Shown here: piece by piece, positions 38,571 to 52,450 of the stretch | Numbering within the stretch: the stretch's first letter is position 1 | Layout of the letters: the number at the start of each line of letters is the position of its first letter | Assembly (NCBI GenBank): GCA_951406725.2 | Contig: OX597818.1 | Span: forward strand, 88,102,001-88,166,000 | Direction: 5' to 3' | Length of the DNA: 64,000 nt | Source of the DNA: Octopus vulgaris | Lineage: Eukaryota | Notes under the pieces: generated by a model | The model's database searches: none | What the model saw: only the letters and a program-made list of their open reading frames with translations | Told to the model about the DNA's origin: nothing | Program-made: the position numbers and the translations under genes

Positions 38571-40238
38571 GAGTATGTACACAATTGAATTCTAGAAATA
38601 CTTTTCCGTCTTCAGTCCCTCCCAGTAGCACCAAGAGTGTAGTTACATGATGTACAGACAATCGTAGCTTCCCACCTTACATCGTGAATGTGCGTATGTA
38701 AGAGAGAGGGGAGAGAGGGAAACAGACACAGGCGGGTAGGGGGCAAGAATGGCTTGAAGCGAGACAGTAGTTAAAAAAAACAAGTAGGATGAAACCTATT
38801 TTATCTCTACAGCCACCCCACTCGCCACCCCATGCGTCCACCCTTCAAGTTCTGATTTGTATGGAACTCACCTAATCAAAGAGTTACTAAGTACAGAGAA
38901 GCAGTAAATGCCTCCGTAACCTGGCGGAGTTAACTTCACCTGTCAGCCCAGTGATCACCACAATTATCTCAGCCAGTAACGGAGTCTGTACAAGGCAATT
39001 TGAATTGCTAGATATAACAGTCAAATGTTTACCTAAAGCAGGGGTTCTCAGCCATTTTTCTTGCCCAAAGGACTCCTTAGATTACCTTAGATTAGTTTTG
39101 CGGTTCTTTCAAAATTCCTGTTTTGTTTTTCATCCATTCTCTTGTTCTAGGCTTTTATTCTTTGACATGTTTCAATCATTTGACTGCGGTCATGGTGGAG
39201 CACCGCCTTATAGGGTTCTAGTAGAACAAATCGACCCCGGGACTTATTCTTTGTAAGCCTAATACGTAATATCTCTTTTGTCGAACCGCTAAGTTACGGG
39301 AACGGAAACACAAAGACACACAAACAAATAGATATACATACATACGACGTGCTTCTTTCCATTTCTTTCCACCAAATTCACTCACAAGGCTCTGATCGGC
39401 CTGAGGCTATAGTAGAAGACACTCGCCCAAGATGCCACGCAGTAGGACTAAACCTGGAACCATGCGGTTCTTACCACACTGCCATACTTACATGTGTAGA
39501 CCTGGAATTAAACTATATATATATATACGACGGGTTTCTTTCAGTTTCCGTCTACCAAATCCACTCACAAGGTTTTGATCGGCCCGAAGCTACAGTAGGA
39601 GACTCTTGCTCGAGGTGCCACACAGTGGGATTGAACCCGGAACCATGTAGTTGGGAAGCAAGCTTCTTACCACACAGCCATATATATATATTCCTTTTTT
39701 CACAACTCTTAAATCACGGAGATGTAAACAGAACATCGAGCGTCTAGCGGTGGTGGGGTTGAGAAACTCAGACACACACATTCTTACATATATAAACATA
39801 TACAAACTCAAACACACACACATATACACACACTCGCATGGATACATACAGATATACATACATAGGCACGCATAGATACATACATATACATATATACATA
39901 CACATGCGCATGAATACATACAGACATACGTATATACATGCACACGTGCATAAATACATACAGACATACACATATACGTACACACATGCATAAATACATA
40001 GACATACATTTATACATATACACGGGAAAAAATATACTGACATATACCTATATACATACACATACATAGATACATATACACATACATGTATATGCATACA
40101 CACACCTGTATATACACACACATGTATATGCATACACACACACATGTATACACACACACACACAAACATGCTGGGATGTGAATTTGTTAATCACACAGCC
40201 ATGTATGTATGCATGCGCGCGCGTATATAGGTATATAG

Positions 40239-40297
<59 letters not shown>

Positions 40298-40532
40298 TGT
40301 GTGTGTGTGTGTGTGTACGTCGTACGGTATTGACGAAATATCAGACGTGAAATATTTACATCACAACCCTTCACATTTTTATAACTTCACATATTGATTA
40401 TGGATATAGAGTGCACATTCTGGACATGTCATTGATTAATGGCAAAATTTATTGATGTCACGAATAATAATAATAATAATTATAATAATGGTTTCAAATT
40501 TTGGCACAAGGCCATCAAATTCGGGGTAGTGA

Positions 40533-40552
40533 ACAACAACAACAACAACAAC

Positions 40553-40625
<73 letters not shown>
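40533..40625. repeat. (AAC)n(AAT)n microsatellite
   Basis: Visible directly. Confidence 0.95.
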
Positions 40626-41045
40626 TAACCATTTTGATTCGTATGTTCTCACCAAAGGTTGTGACCACCACTTCCCAGTTTTTTTTCTTGTGTTATGTTG
40701 GAAATAATTTCCTGTATAGAATTAATTAGACATAACCAGTCTGGCTTTTGTTGTTGATGTTGTTTAGCCCCAGGCCAGGTCTGATGGTGGAGACTTATGA
40801 TGAAAGGATTGCCAGCTGTGATCAACTTTTAATCTTTTACTTGTTTCAGCCATTGAACTGCGGTAATGCTGGGGCAACGCCTCGAAGGGTTTAGTTCAAC
40901 AAACCGCTCCGAGTAATCATAATGTTTTGAATATTGGTACTATCGGTTCTCTTTTGGCGAACCGCTAAGTTATAGGTACGTAAACAAATCAACACTGGTT
41001 GTCAATTAGTGGAGTAGCAACATACAAACGAACACACACACACAC

Positions 41046-41086
<41 letters not shown>

Positions 41087-41879
41087 CCGTACTGCATCTC
41101 TATATACGATGCACTTCCAGTTTCCGCCTAACAAATTCACTCACAAGGCCTTGGCTGACCCGGGGCTATAGTAGAAGGCATATGCCCAATGTGCTGCGTG
41201 CTGGGACTGAACCTGAAACCACGTAGTCGCAAAACGAGCTTCTTGACCAACAGGTTTTTTTTTCGCTCTTTTGTATATAGGCAACTAGATTGATTGGTGC
41301 GTGGTAAGAAATTTGCTTCCCAACCACATGGTTTCAAGTTCAGTCTCACTGCGTGACACCTTGGGCAAGTTTCTACTACTAAAGTCTCGGGCCGGCCAAA
41401 GCCATGTGAGTGGGTTTGGTGAACGGAAACTGAATGAAACCCGTCTTCTATGTACATATGTGTGTGTGTGTTTGTCCCCCCACCGCCACTCTCTGACAAC
41501 CGGTGCTGGTGTGTTTGTGTCCCCGTAACTTAGCGGTTCGGAAAAAGAGACCAATAGAATAAGTACCAGGCTTTAAAAAAAAATACTGGAGTCGATTCAC
41601 TCGACTAAAGTTCTTCATGCGATGCCCCAGCATGGCCCCGCAGTCTAATGACTGACACATGTAAAAGATAAAAAAGATAAGACATTCTCGTAAGACGTTA
41701 AGGTGTATTTTGAGGGATCTAGGTTACTATTTCTAGCATATCAATCAAACAGTTGTTTATCTCGTCCATTAACGACAAACCACTCTTGATGCAATTATTG
41801 TAGGAATGCGCAGGTGATATATATAATGAGATAGGAATCTGCAAATGCTTATTATCTAGCTGGTACGAAAGAGAACATG

Positions 41880-41880
41880 T

Positions 41881-41928
<48 letters not shown>

Positions 41929-42172
41929 AGAGAGAGAGAGAGACAAAGAGAGAAAGATAGAGACAGACAGACCCAGACAGAAAGAATATATGGTGAGTGC
42001 GTGAGAGAGAAAGAGGGGACACAGAGAAAAAAGATAGAGAATACAATAGAGCGAGTGGGAGAGAGAGGAGGAGGAGAGAAAGGGAGAGAAGGAGATGGAG
42101 AGTAGTAGATAGAAGCCGAACGAAAGAGACGCGGAATGAAAAAAGCAAGAGAGAGAGATGCAAAGAGTGAGT

Positions 42173-42213
<41 letters not shown>

Positions 42214-42430
42214 GGAAAGATTGTGAGACAGAGAGAAAAAGACGGAGACGGATTCAGACAAAAAGAAAGAGAGGGAGAGAGAAAGAAATGGCTAAATTGC
42301 GAGTACTAGACAGAGAGAGAGAGAGAGAGAGAGAAGTAAAAATTGAAACAAAGAAGGAGAGAGGGAGGAGGGAGAGAGATAAAACGGAGAGATTACGAGT
42401 GCTACAGAGAGAGAGAGAGAGAGAGAGAGT
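41880..42430. repeat. (TA)n then (GA)n purine-rich low-complexity tract
   Basis: Visible directly. Confidence 0.9.
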
Positions 42431-43293
42431 GGGGGCTGAGAGAAGCAGCGTGTGTGGGTGGCAGTAATAGTTTTTGACAAGTGTTTTCTTGAAGTGCAGT
42501 GTTAATACTCCAAGGCTCCACTAGGTCAAAGTGATACATTACTACTAATGTTGCTGCTTCGAAAACAATTTATGAATTCCACACATGAAAGAAAAGATGT
42601 TTCAAAGAGAAAGTGTTACCCAAATTAATTCCGAAACCCCAGAAAGTTTAAATGTATTGTACGTGGCCTTGGGGGGAAATCTACTGCCCTTAAAGATCTA
42701 CCTCGACTAATTTGGGTCCCATTAGGGACGCAAGTCTATTAAGAGAATTGGTTAGTTGTAGTTGAGTACACCTGAAGTTCGTCACCAATAACTCAATTGA
42801 CAACAGCAGTGAAGACAAGCTATCCTAGGAGTCGAACTACATAGACAGAAGCCAAATCTCCCTCATAATACACCTTATTATTTTAACGAAAAAAGGATGC
42901 AATTGACAATGATAAAAGACGGATAAAGCTCTTTCTTGAGTTATATAGACTCATAGGGCCGGTTTCCCCGGATTTTCGGGCGTATATACTCACCCCTGAA
43001 CAGAACGCCTGGAATTTTGTGAGGGAAGTCTAGACGATTACATCCACCCAGTACTTGATTGCTACTTATTTTATCAATCCCGAAAGAATGAAAAACAAAG
43101 TCAACCGCAACGGAATTTGAACTCAGAACGTAGCGACGAACGAAATACTGGTAAGCATTTTGTCCGGCGTGCTAACGATTCTGCCAGCTCACCGCCTTCT
43201 ACAAACACATGTATATCTACACTTTAACAGTGTTATTATTATGACACAAACACGCGCACATATATGCATGTGTATTATAATATATACTCTGTG

Positions 43294-43342
<49 letters not shown>

Positions 43343-44765
43343 TGGGCAGGTGAGTGAGTAGTGTTGTAGAGAAACATACAGAAGATGAGATTAATTCTGT
43401 GACGTATTCAAGTTGTTTTAGTCATTTAAAAACATGACTGTTGTAGCAATCTTTTGTTGATCTCAAGAAATAAACAAAGAAATAAATTAACAAACAAACA
43501 AACTAACAAATAGATAAATAATAAAACTCGTAACGTGTGACTGAAACATTGATGAACATCATTTAATTAACGTTCCCTGTAAACTTCACCCATATATTAT
43601 GTACCTAACATCAATCCATGTAAAAAAAATACCACGGGCCTCAAACACATCCTTGTAGTACACCTAACTCCAGATATCAGGAAAATAAAAACAACAAAAA
43701 AAAGAACAAAGGAAAAACAGGAAACTATCTGTTTTCATAGGATCTCGATATGATCTTATGATGAAAGAATGAAATTATTTCGAAACAGAATCACAAAACG
43801 GGCGCCAATTCTTCTTAGATATTTATATAATTGACTAAATTTCGTTGACAGATCGTAATGACCTAATTAACACGTTGACTAGCTGGAGTATATGTGAATA
43901 CTTCAAACTTAATAGAGACTGTCAAGTCTAAGCAAGTCAGATGAAGATCTCTCTAAAATGTCTCTCGTAAGTCTAAATAAGCATTTTCTTTGCTTTCTAA
44001 ACTGTGAGACGAATAAAATTGTGTATAAACTTAAAAATAATTATAGGATTTCTAGAATTGGTTAGAAGTCTACTGTTAATCAACAACTAATATATGACTG
44101 GTATTCATTCTTGTTTGTTTGTTTGTTTTTTTTTTGTTTTCGATTTTAGGAAGGTTAGTCATATCTGGCAGTGAGCTTAGTACTTGAAATGTTAAAGTTG
44201 TTTCATCAACCGTACCAAGGCATTTTACCACCACTACCACCACTATTACTACTACTACTACTACTACCACCACCACCACCACCACCATTACTACTATCAC
44301 AACAACCATTACTACTATCACAATCACCATCACTAGTACTACTACAGCAACCGCTGCCGATGATGATAATGGTATGTCTAATGGTGGTAGCGGAGTGGAA
44401 TAGTAGTCTAGGTTATTGTAATATTAAGTAATGGTATTGATGTTGTTACTAGTGGTGATGTGTATGAATAGTAGTATGACACCAAGTAGTGTCGTTTATT
44501 ACTGGTACTACAGCCTATGGTGGTTGTAGTGGCGATAGTAGTATCACTGGCAACGATACTTGTGACTGACACTTTATCTTTTATGTCACTCCACCGACTC
44601 TACAATACTTAGAAATATCTAATAACAAATGATGTGTGCATGAGATGGGTGAGTAGGATGGATTTTGTGATGCTTATGCTCTCCCATAGAATATAAAGCG
44701 ACACCAGTAAAAATATAAATGGCTAAAAGCGAGAATGATCTCGGTGAGAAGATATCAAGTTACTT

Positions 44766-44936
44766 CAATGGCCGTCTTAGGTTATGGGCAAACCGGGACA
44801 ATTGCCCAAGGTCCTCAAGGGTCTGAGGGGCCCAATTTCGATCCATGCATATTGCGGCGTGCTGTCAATATAGAAATGCTATAAGATCCAGTGCATTTAT
44901 TTTATCTGGGGCTTATAATGCAGTTAAGTGACTCCG
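44766..44936. mobile_element. Small hAT-like MITE related to the 47-48 kb satellite
   Basis: Starts ggccgtcttag with a weak inverted match at 44924-44936; interior matches the satellite unit. Confidence 0.4.
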
Positions 44937-45021
44937 ATTTCAAGTTACCTTTTTTGGCCTTTGGTCAATAAGTGTTACTTCCTATTTGCTTCTTCCTAGA
45001 AATCAAAGGACAGGACTACTA

Positions 45022-45331
45022 TTCCCTTCAAAATTTGCTTTTGTGACCTGGACATCGATGTTTTGAAACTGATTAATTTTCCTTTACATTTCAGACAAAT
45101 TCAGTGTCGAGTTGCTGAAGCAGAAATATTGTTACAGTATATATTCTGCTCAATACCACAGATTTGCTCGTCAGTTGCTTGACCTTAACCACTTGAGCAT
45201 GCCCCTTAGTGGCTGACAATATAAGCATCGCTGATCATGAGCCGGAGTAATGGGGGAAGCATCATAGCCATGAGTTGAGAGGGATTCTTTGGGATTTGAA
45301 TAAATGTAACAAAAGCAAAATTTGAAGGAAA
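45022..45331. mobile_element. MITE with about 26-bp TIRs and TA flanks
   Basis: ttcccttcaaaatttgcttttgtgac / gtaacaaaagcaaaatttgaaggaaa, TA on both sides. Confidence 0.75.
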
Positions 45332-45349
45332 TATTATCCATTCTTCATT

Positions 45350-46420
45350 CTTTCTAGGAGTAAGCAAACAGTTGCAAAAGGTTGTCTAATTTTCGGAAAA
45401 TGTGATAGTCAGTTGATACAAGGCCTGGTGAATATGGTGGATAACAGAGTACTTCCAAGTTCAGTTCCTGTAACTTGAGTAGCGTTCTTTATACAACATG
45501 TTGTCGAGCCTTGTCTTGCAAGAGAATTGGCCTGTCTCTATTGACCAATCTCGGTTGTTTAATTGCAAGTTCACTCATCATTTCATCCAACTGATTGATG
45601 TATACATTCACTTTAATTGACTTACCAGGTCTCATAAAGCTGTAGTGGATGACACCAGCGCTGGACCACCAAACAGATACCATTAGATTTTTTTGGTAAA
45701 TATTTTTTTTAGATTGTGTTTTGGCACTTCGTCTATATCCAGCCACGGAGCAGAAAGATTGCTATTGTTGAAAAGAATCCATTTTTCATCACACTTAGCA
45801 ATACGATGCAAAAATGGTTCACTTTTATGCCGTGACAGCAAAGAACAGCAAGTTTCAAGACGACGTATCGTTTGATGCTCGTTCAGTTCGTGTGGTACTC
45901 ACTTCTTTAGCTTCTTCACCATGCCAATTTGTTTCAGATGGCCCAGTACAGTTGGAATTGAAACATCAAACCTTACTGCTAACTCACGCGTAATTTGAAA
46001 CGTATTCGCTTCTACTACATTTTCCAGCTCATCATTATCCACCTCAGTTTCGGTCTACCGTGGGGCTGATTTTCAAGAGTTAAGTCACCAGACCGGAACT
46101 TATCAACCCATCGATGTATGGTGCGCTCATTCGCCACATCTTCTCCTAACACCTCATTGATATTTTGAGCTGTGTGGGATGCATTGGCTCCACGATAGAA
46201 CTTCATAAAAAACAGGGTTTTTTTTATATCTATCCATGGGTTCACAAAACTTGATTTATAAGAGAAAACTCATAATATAATCAGACATCATGAACTGCAT
46301 TTTGAAAAGTGATGATGTAACTCTTCAATGTTGCAAAACAAAAAAATTGTCAGAATAAAACAGAGTTAACGACTGTCAAATTTGGTAATTAAGAAAATCG
46401 GACATTTCATTCTTAATGAC
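45350..46420 (-). mobile_element. Third mariner (DD34D) transposon, decayed and 3' truncated
   Basis: Minus: ERTIHRWVDKFRSGD..GRP, CDEKWILF, LMVSVWWSSAGVIHY, LLQDKARQH, YPPYSPGLVSTDYH; 5' TIR-like cggacatttcattcttaatgac at about 46400-46420. Confidence 0.9.
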
Positions 46421-46861
46421 TTCACACACACACACATACACTCTCACACACATACAAACCATCATCCGTACGCACCTGCACTCACACACATACATATATT
46501 ACATGCAGTAGAGCTTATTGTTTTGTTCGTAGTTGAATCTTCACTCCATGATAGGAGGCTATATTTGGAAGCAGTTACGCAGTTACTGAGCGAAGCCTCA
46601 GCTTTGAATGAAAGAAATGAACACCACACATACACAAACACACATACACACACACACACACACTATATGTACATATATATTTGTACGAGATCTATAATGA
46701 TTGTTAATGCCTTTCAGTTTAACGTCAGATACAAAAGAAAAAAAGCAGAAGGAAGAGAACGGTGAGAGAAAGGCGGGGCTGTCTGATTAAAAGACAAAAG
46801 ATAAAAGAATTCTGGTTGATGTTGGAATTAGGAACTCTTAAAAGTATAAATGATAAAAATT

Positions 46862-47085
46862 CTGATGATGATGACGATGACGTATGAAGATGATGAAGAC
46901 GACGATGATGGAGATGACAAAGATGATGTAAATGACAAAGATGATGAAGACGACGATAATAGAGATGACAACGAAGTTGATGAAGACGAACATGATGAGG
47001 ACAAAGATGATTATGATGAAGATTATTATGCAATAAGTGATAATGGTGGTGGTGGTGGTGGTTGTTCTGATGCTGGAGACTGTAA
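46862..47085. repeat. (GAT/GAC)n then (GGT)n low complexity
   Basis: Visible directly; gives the poly-D ORF. Confidence 0.9.
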
Positions 47086-47162
47086 TGGTGTTGCTGTTGT
47101 TGGGGGAAGAAGATCAGGCAGTGAAGTTACTCGGGAGCTTCACAGATCAAGGAGTCTAATTC

Positions 47163-48445
47163 AGTAAATATAGGGCCCGGAAGTTTCAAGAGTTTACGGA
47201 CCCAGTTCTGATCTATGTATGTTTTTGTTTCTTGTCAGTAAATATTATAGGGCCTAGGGTCCTCAAGTGTATATGGGCCCATTTTTGTTCCATGTCTGCT
47301 TTGGCTTACCGCCAGTAAATACATACTACAGAGTCCAGTGCATTAATTTACCCGGCGTTTCTCGGGTCTAGGATCCTGATTTTTGATCCATGTATGTTTT
47401 AGCTTGCTGTCAAATAAATATTATAGAGACCCAGTACTTTATTTGTCCAGGAACCTCAAGGGTCTAGGGACCCAATTTTGATCTATGAATGTTTTGGCTT
47501 GCTGTCAAATATTATACGGCCCAGTACATTGGGTGTCAATTTTGACCAACATATGCTGTGGCTTACCATCAATAGACAGAATCAACAGGATCCAATGTAT
47601 TGATTTGTCTCACGGGCCGAGGGGCTCAATTCTGATCTATGTATGTTCTGGCTTGCTCTTACTAAATAAATACTATAGGCCTCAGTGCATTGATTTTCAC
47701 AGGGGCTTCACGGTTCTAGAAAACCAATTATGATCTATGTATTACTCTTTTACTTGTTTCAGTCATTTGACTGTGGCCATGCTGGAGCACCGTCTTTAGT
47801 CGAGCAAATCGACCCCGGGACTTATTCTTTGTAAGCCTAGTACTTATTCTATCGGTCTCTTTTGCCGAACCGCTAAGTAACGGGGACGTAAACACACCAG
47901 CATCGGTTGTCAAGCAATGCTAGGGGGACAAACACACAAACATACAGACACACATATATACATATATACGACAGGCTTCTTTCAGTTTCCGTCTACCAAA
48001 TCCACTCACAAGGCATTGGTCGGCCCGAGGCTATAGTAGAAGACACTTGCCCAAGGTGCCACGCAGTGGGACTGAACCCGGAACCATGTGGTTGGTAACC
48101 AAGCTACTTACCACACAGCCACTCCTGCGCCTATTGGGTCCAGTGCACTGACATGCTTGGAGACCTCAATAGTCAAGGGGCTGAATTATCTATGTATGTT
48201 TTAGCTTGCCGTCAGTAAATAAATACTATGGAGTTCTGTGCCTTGATTTATTTGCTCGAGAGCCTCAGGGGGCTAAGAGTCCAATTTTGATCTATTCATA
48301 TTTTGATTTGCTGTTAAATACTATAGAACCCAGCGTATTGATTTGCCCGGGGGCCTCAAGGGTCTTGAAACCCAATTCAGATTTATGTAAGCTTTAGATT
48401 ACTGTCATTCAACAAACGCAATAGGGCCCAGTACATTAATTTTTT
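47163..48445 (+). repeat. Diverged tandem array, about 10 units of 60-100 bp, split by a SINE A (47743-48132, minus)
   Basis: Recurring cccaattttgatctatgtatgttttggcttgctgtcaataaatactatagggcccagtgcattgattt...cctcaagggtct. Confidence 0.85.
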
Positions 48446-48479
48446 CGAGTGAGGTTGACTATAATGCTACAAAGACGGG

Positions 48480-49330
48480 AGGAGGAAGATGGTGATGAGG
48501 TGGAGTGATGATGATAATAGAAGTAGTGGTGGTCGTGCTTGTGGTATTGTTGCTAGTAGCAGTGGTAACAATTGTGGTGGTGGTGGTATTGAAGAAGTGG
48601 CGGGGGAGATGGTGACAGTGGTGATAATTGTTGGAGTGGTGGTATTGGTGGTAGTGTTTATAGTAGTAGTGATTGTAGTGGTGGTGTTGGTAGAAGCTGT
48701 GGTGATGGCGGTAGTTGCAGTGGTGATGATGGTAATCATGTTGCTGTTGGTGGTGATGTTGGTGGTGGTGTGGTGGTAATAATTGTTGTAAGGGTAGTAG
48801 TTGTGGTAGTTGTAGTGATGGCAGGAGTTATTATAGAAGTAGTGATTGCTGTGTTGGTGGTGGTGGTAGTGGTATTGGTAGTTGTATTGGTGGTGGTGGT
48901 AATGGTATTGGTAGAGGTAGTAGTATTGGTGGTGGTGGTGGTGACTATAGTGGTATTAGTGGTGGCGGTGGTGACTGTGGTGGCGGTAGTGTTGGTGGCA
49001 GTCATCTGTAAGATCAATCAATAGTGATTGATAACTGAATTATTCAAATAACAACAAAATCACTACAACCATTACTACGGACACCCCATTACCCCCACCA
49101 CACACCCACCCCACCACCATCACAATCATCCCACCCCCATCACAATCACCCCACCCCCACAAACACATGCACCACCCCCTGTAAACAGGCGCACCGTGAA
49201 CAGCAACAACGGGAGTACCTACGACAATAACAACCGTGGTATCATTATCATCACCTCCACCATCATCACCCCCGCCACTAATACCACCCCTGCCATCACC
49301 ATCACCCCCACTAACAACAACAACAATCAA
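48480..49330. repeat. (GTG/GTA)n tract followed by an oppositely oriented (ACC/AAC)n tract
   Basis: Visible directly; gives poly-V and poly-T ORFs. Confidence 0.9.
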
Positions 49331-50191
49331 TACATAATAAAACAAAAGTAAAAAATAACAAACTGTCTGAATTAGAAATTAGAATTCGATTGTAAAATGA
49401 ATTGATCTGAAACTGTCTGTGTTTAGAGAAGCGGGCGGTGGGGAGGGGGAGACGGAGAGTTGGGGGCGTGAGAGGGGAGGAGGAGGAGAGGTGAAGGTGG
49501 TGGGGATGGAGGAACGCTACAGTGTTAGCAACAGTAACGCAACAGTCAAAATAAACATTGGGTTACAATGACAGCTATATCGATAGCAACACGAAACGGA
49601 ACAACAACAACAGCAGCAACAAAAGACATAGGAGGTTAGCAACAAACGGCATCGTCTTTCTAGAAGGCTTCCAAATAAATACACACTTTAAATATGTATA
49701 CATATTGCTAATTTTGAACTATGATTGCTTTCGTCGTTAATAATGATTTTTTTTTTTCGAGACGTTAGCGACGCTAAGAGCAACACCATCAACACGTTGT
49801 TATGCTAGGGTTAGCAACAACTTTAGTTACTCTTAAAGCAACAGAAGAAATATATATATTTTCTTCTTTTGCTTTTTTATTTTACTCGTTTCAGCCATTA
49901 GACTGCGGCCATGCTGTGATACACAGCCTTGGAGAATTTTATTTGAACGAATTAACCTCAATACTTAATTTTTAAAGCCTGTTACTGATTCTATCGGTCC
50001 CTTTTACTGAGCCGCTATATTACGAGGTCGAAACACACCAACACCAGTTGTCAAGTCGATGGTAGGGTCACACCCAGGCATTAAGATACATACTTTGACT
50101 ATCTCTGTCTCTCACACATACACACACACACACACTATATATATAACATATTCTAAAATCTACACAGCCTTGTTTTTTTTTATCTCATTAC

Positions 50192-50243
<52 letters not shown>

Positions 50244-50251
50244 CGTAGTAG

Positions 50252-50413
50252 TGTCTGTGTGGCAAGAAACTTGCTTCTCAACCATATGGTTCCGGGTTCA
50301 GTCCCACTGCGTGACACCATGGCAAATGTCTTCTGCTTGATTCAGGCCACCCAAAGCTTTATGAGTAGATTTGGTAGACGGAAACTGAAAGAAACCCGTC
50401 GTGTATGTGTGTT

Positions 50414-50474
<61 letters not shown>

Positions 50475-50680
50475 CGGGAATGTTTACGAAAATAAACAAA
50501 AGACGAAGGCAGGTGGAGTACAAACAAACAATTGTATTAGTATGGCGCCCAGGAATAGAAATAAAATAAGTCTTTTACGTTTCGAGCCTACGCTCTTCGA
50601 CAGAAAGATACACAGAAAAGAAACAAGGAGAGAAACAAGGAGAGAAAAATGCGTGTAGGAGCTAACGATCCAACATGGCG

Positions 50681-50734
<54 letters not shown>

Positions 50735-50950
50735 AACACACATACAAATGTGTGTGTGTGTGTGTGTGTGTATCTGAGTTTGTCCCTCACCACCGATTGA
50801 CAACCGTGTTGGTGCGTTTACGTCCCTCTAACTTAGTGGCTCGGCAAAAGTGATCGACAGAAAAAGTACCAGGCTTAAAAGGAAAAAAAAAAAAAATTCC
50901 AATGCGGTGCCCCAGCATGTCTGAAATCTAATGACGGAAACAAGATGAAA
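50252..50950 (+). mobile_element. SINE family A copy with insert 50474-50683 in its (TA)n
   Basis: SINE halves flank (TA)n-insert-(TA)n. Confidence 0.85.
50571..50608 (-). ncRNA. Minimal hammerhead motif, CUGUCGA variant (family H1)
   Basis: Minus: UCUUU-CUGUCGA-A-GAGC-GUAG-GCUC-GAAA-CG-UA-AAAGA: perfect 5-bp stem I, 4-bp stem II, palindromic ACGU in place of stem III. Confidence 0.75.
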
Positions 50951-51454
50951 GAATAAAAACTGAAGCAGTAAGAAAAATAAAAGGCGTCAGCAGCCATTAA
51001 AAACGGTATCAACGTTAGCAACGAGTTAATGAAGGAGGTTTTGTAAGTGGTCACTCGACTTGCTAGAAAAAATGTGACACATTACTATGTTAAATAAACG
51101 AAGGTGACATTGAATTATCTGGCGATAGAGGTAATAGCATGTCTGAGAATAAAAGATGAAATAATCATGAGAGGAACACCTTTGATCATAGAGATGACTG
51201 CCGGGTTGATAATAACCAGATTACGAGATATATTTGATATCGTCTATATTGTATATTAGATATTCTATATTGAAGTTATTCTGTATAATATAGATATATT
51301 AGCAGATTTATTAGTCGACATAAGAATGTCTACGTGGGCGCAGGGTCTGCTAGAAATAACAACTAAACTTAGTTTTAGTCACAGCTTTGCACCGGCTTTT
51401 GATCATATTACCTACAGGATTATAATTGACTTACAACAACAACAGCAACAACAG

Positions 51455-51800
51455 TGGAAGCGCAATGGACCAGTGGTTAGGGCAGCGGACTCGCGGTCGT
51501 AAGAACGCAGTTTCAATTCCCAGACCGGGTATTGCGAGGGTATTGTTTATTGAGCAAAAACACCTAAACTTCACGAGGCTCCGGCGGGGTGGGGGTGAAC
51601 CCCGCTGGTCTCTTTCACCACAACTTTCTCTAACTCTTTCTTCCTACTTCTGCCACAAAGCAGAGGAACCATGGTGTAACCCACTATACTGTGGTAAACT
51701 TTCAGGCCCCAGTCTAGATTGCGAATCCTCTGTACCCCAGGATGGTTCAGCTCTCCACCCGTTAAAAGCCACCATTTACGGAATGAGGATAACAACGTAG
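51455..51800 (+). mobile_element. SINE related to family C (shared head, different tail)
   Basis: ccagtggttagggcagcggactcgcggtc...cccagaccggg...aaacacctaa head matches family C. Confidence 0.75.
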
Positions 51801-52450
51801 CTTTCGCGTCCGTACAACCGCCAGTCTATCACGTGTGGTGGGTGGATCTTCAAGTTGCTACACGCATTCTTAGTAGCTTAGAGTAGGCTCGAATTAGAGA
51901 TTATTCTTTGTGGCTAATGGCGTGAACCCTGATTGGAAGAAGAAGAAGAAAACAGCAGCAGCATTTCCAACTGAAAGGATAGGAAATATGTGGACTGTTA
52001 ATCTTTTAGCGTTTATCTTTTACCTTTCTCTTGTTTCTGTATTGAAGGGTTTAGACGAACTGGTCAACCCCAGTATTTATTTCAAAGCTTGAAATTTATT
52101 CTTTCGATCTATTTTTTGCCAACCCAGAAATTTACGGAGACGTAAACGAACCCATACCAGCTGTCAAGCGATGGGGTTGGGGGACAAAGTCACACACATC
52201 TCTACTACGGGCTTCATTCAGTTTCCGTCTACCAAATCCATTCACAAAGCTTTGCTCGATCTGCGGCTATAGCAGAAGACACTTGCCTAAGGTGCTACAC
52301 AGTAGGACTGAACCTGGAACCATATGGTTGGGAATCAAGCATCTTCCCACACACACAGCCACACACAATAAGCGACGCCATGTGGGCAGCACCAAAACGG
52401 TTGTGCTGATACGGGTGTGTCAAGACGTCTCATAGCCGGCCGGAATATCT

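Noticed and set aside
47163-48445. CRISPR-like regular repeats
   Set aside because: Eukaryotic context, whole units are homologous, no unique spacers and no cas genes.
46725-49345. Poly-D, poly-H, poly-V and poly-T ORFs resembling acidic or mucin-like proteins
   Set aside because: Trinucleotide low complexity, open in several frames on both strands, no supporting gene structure.
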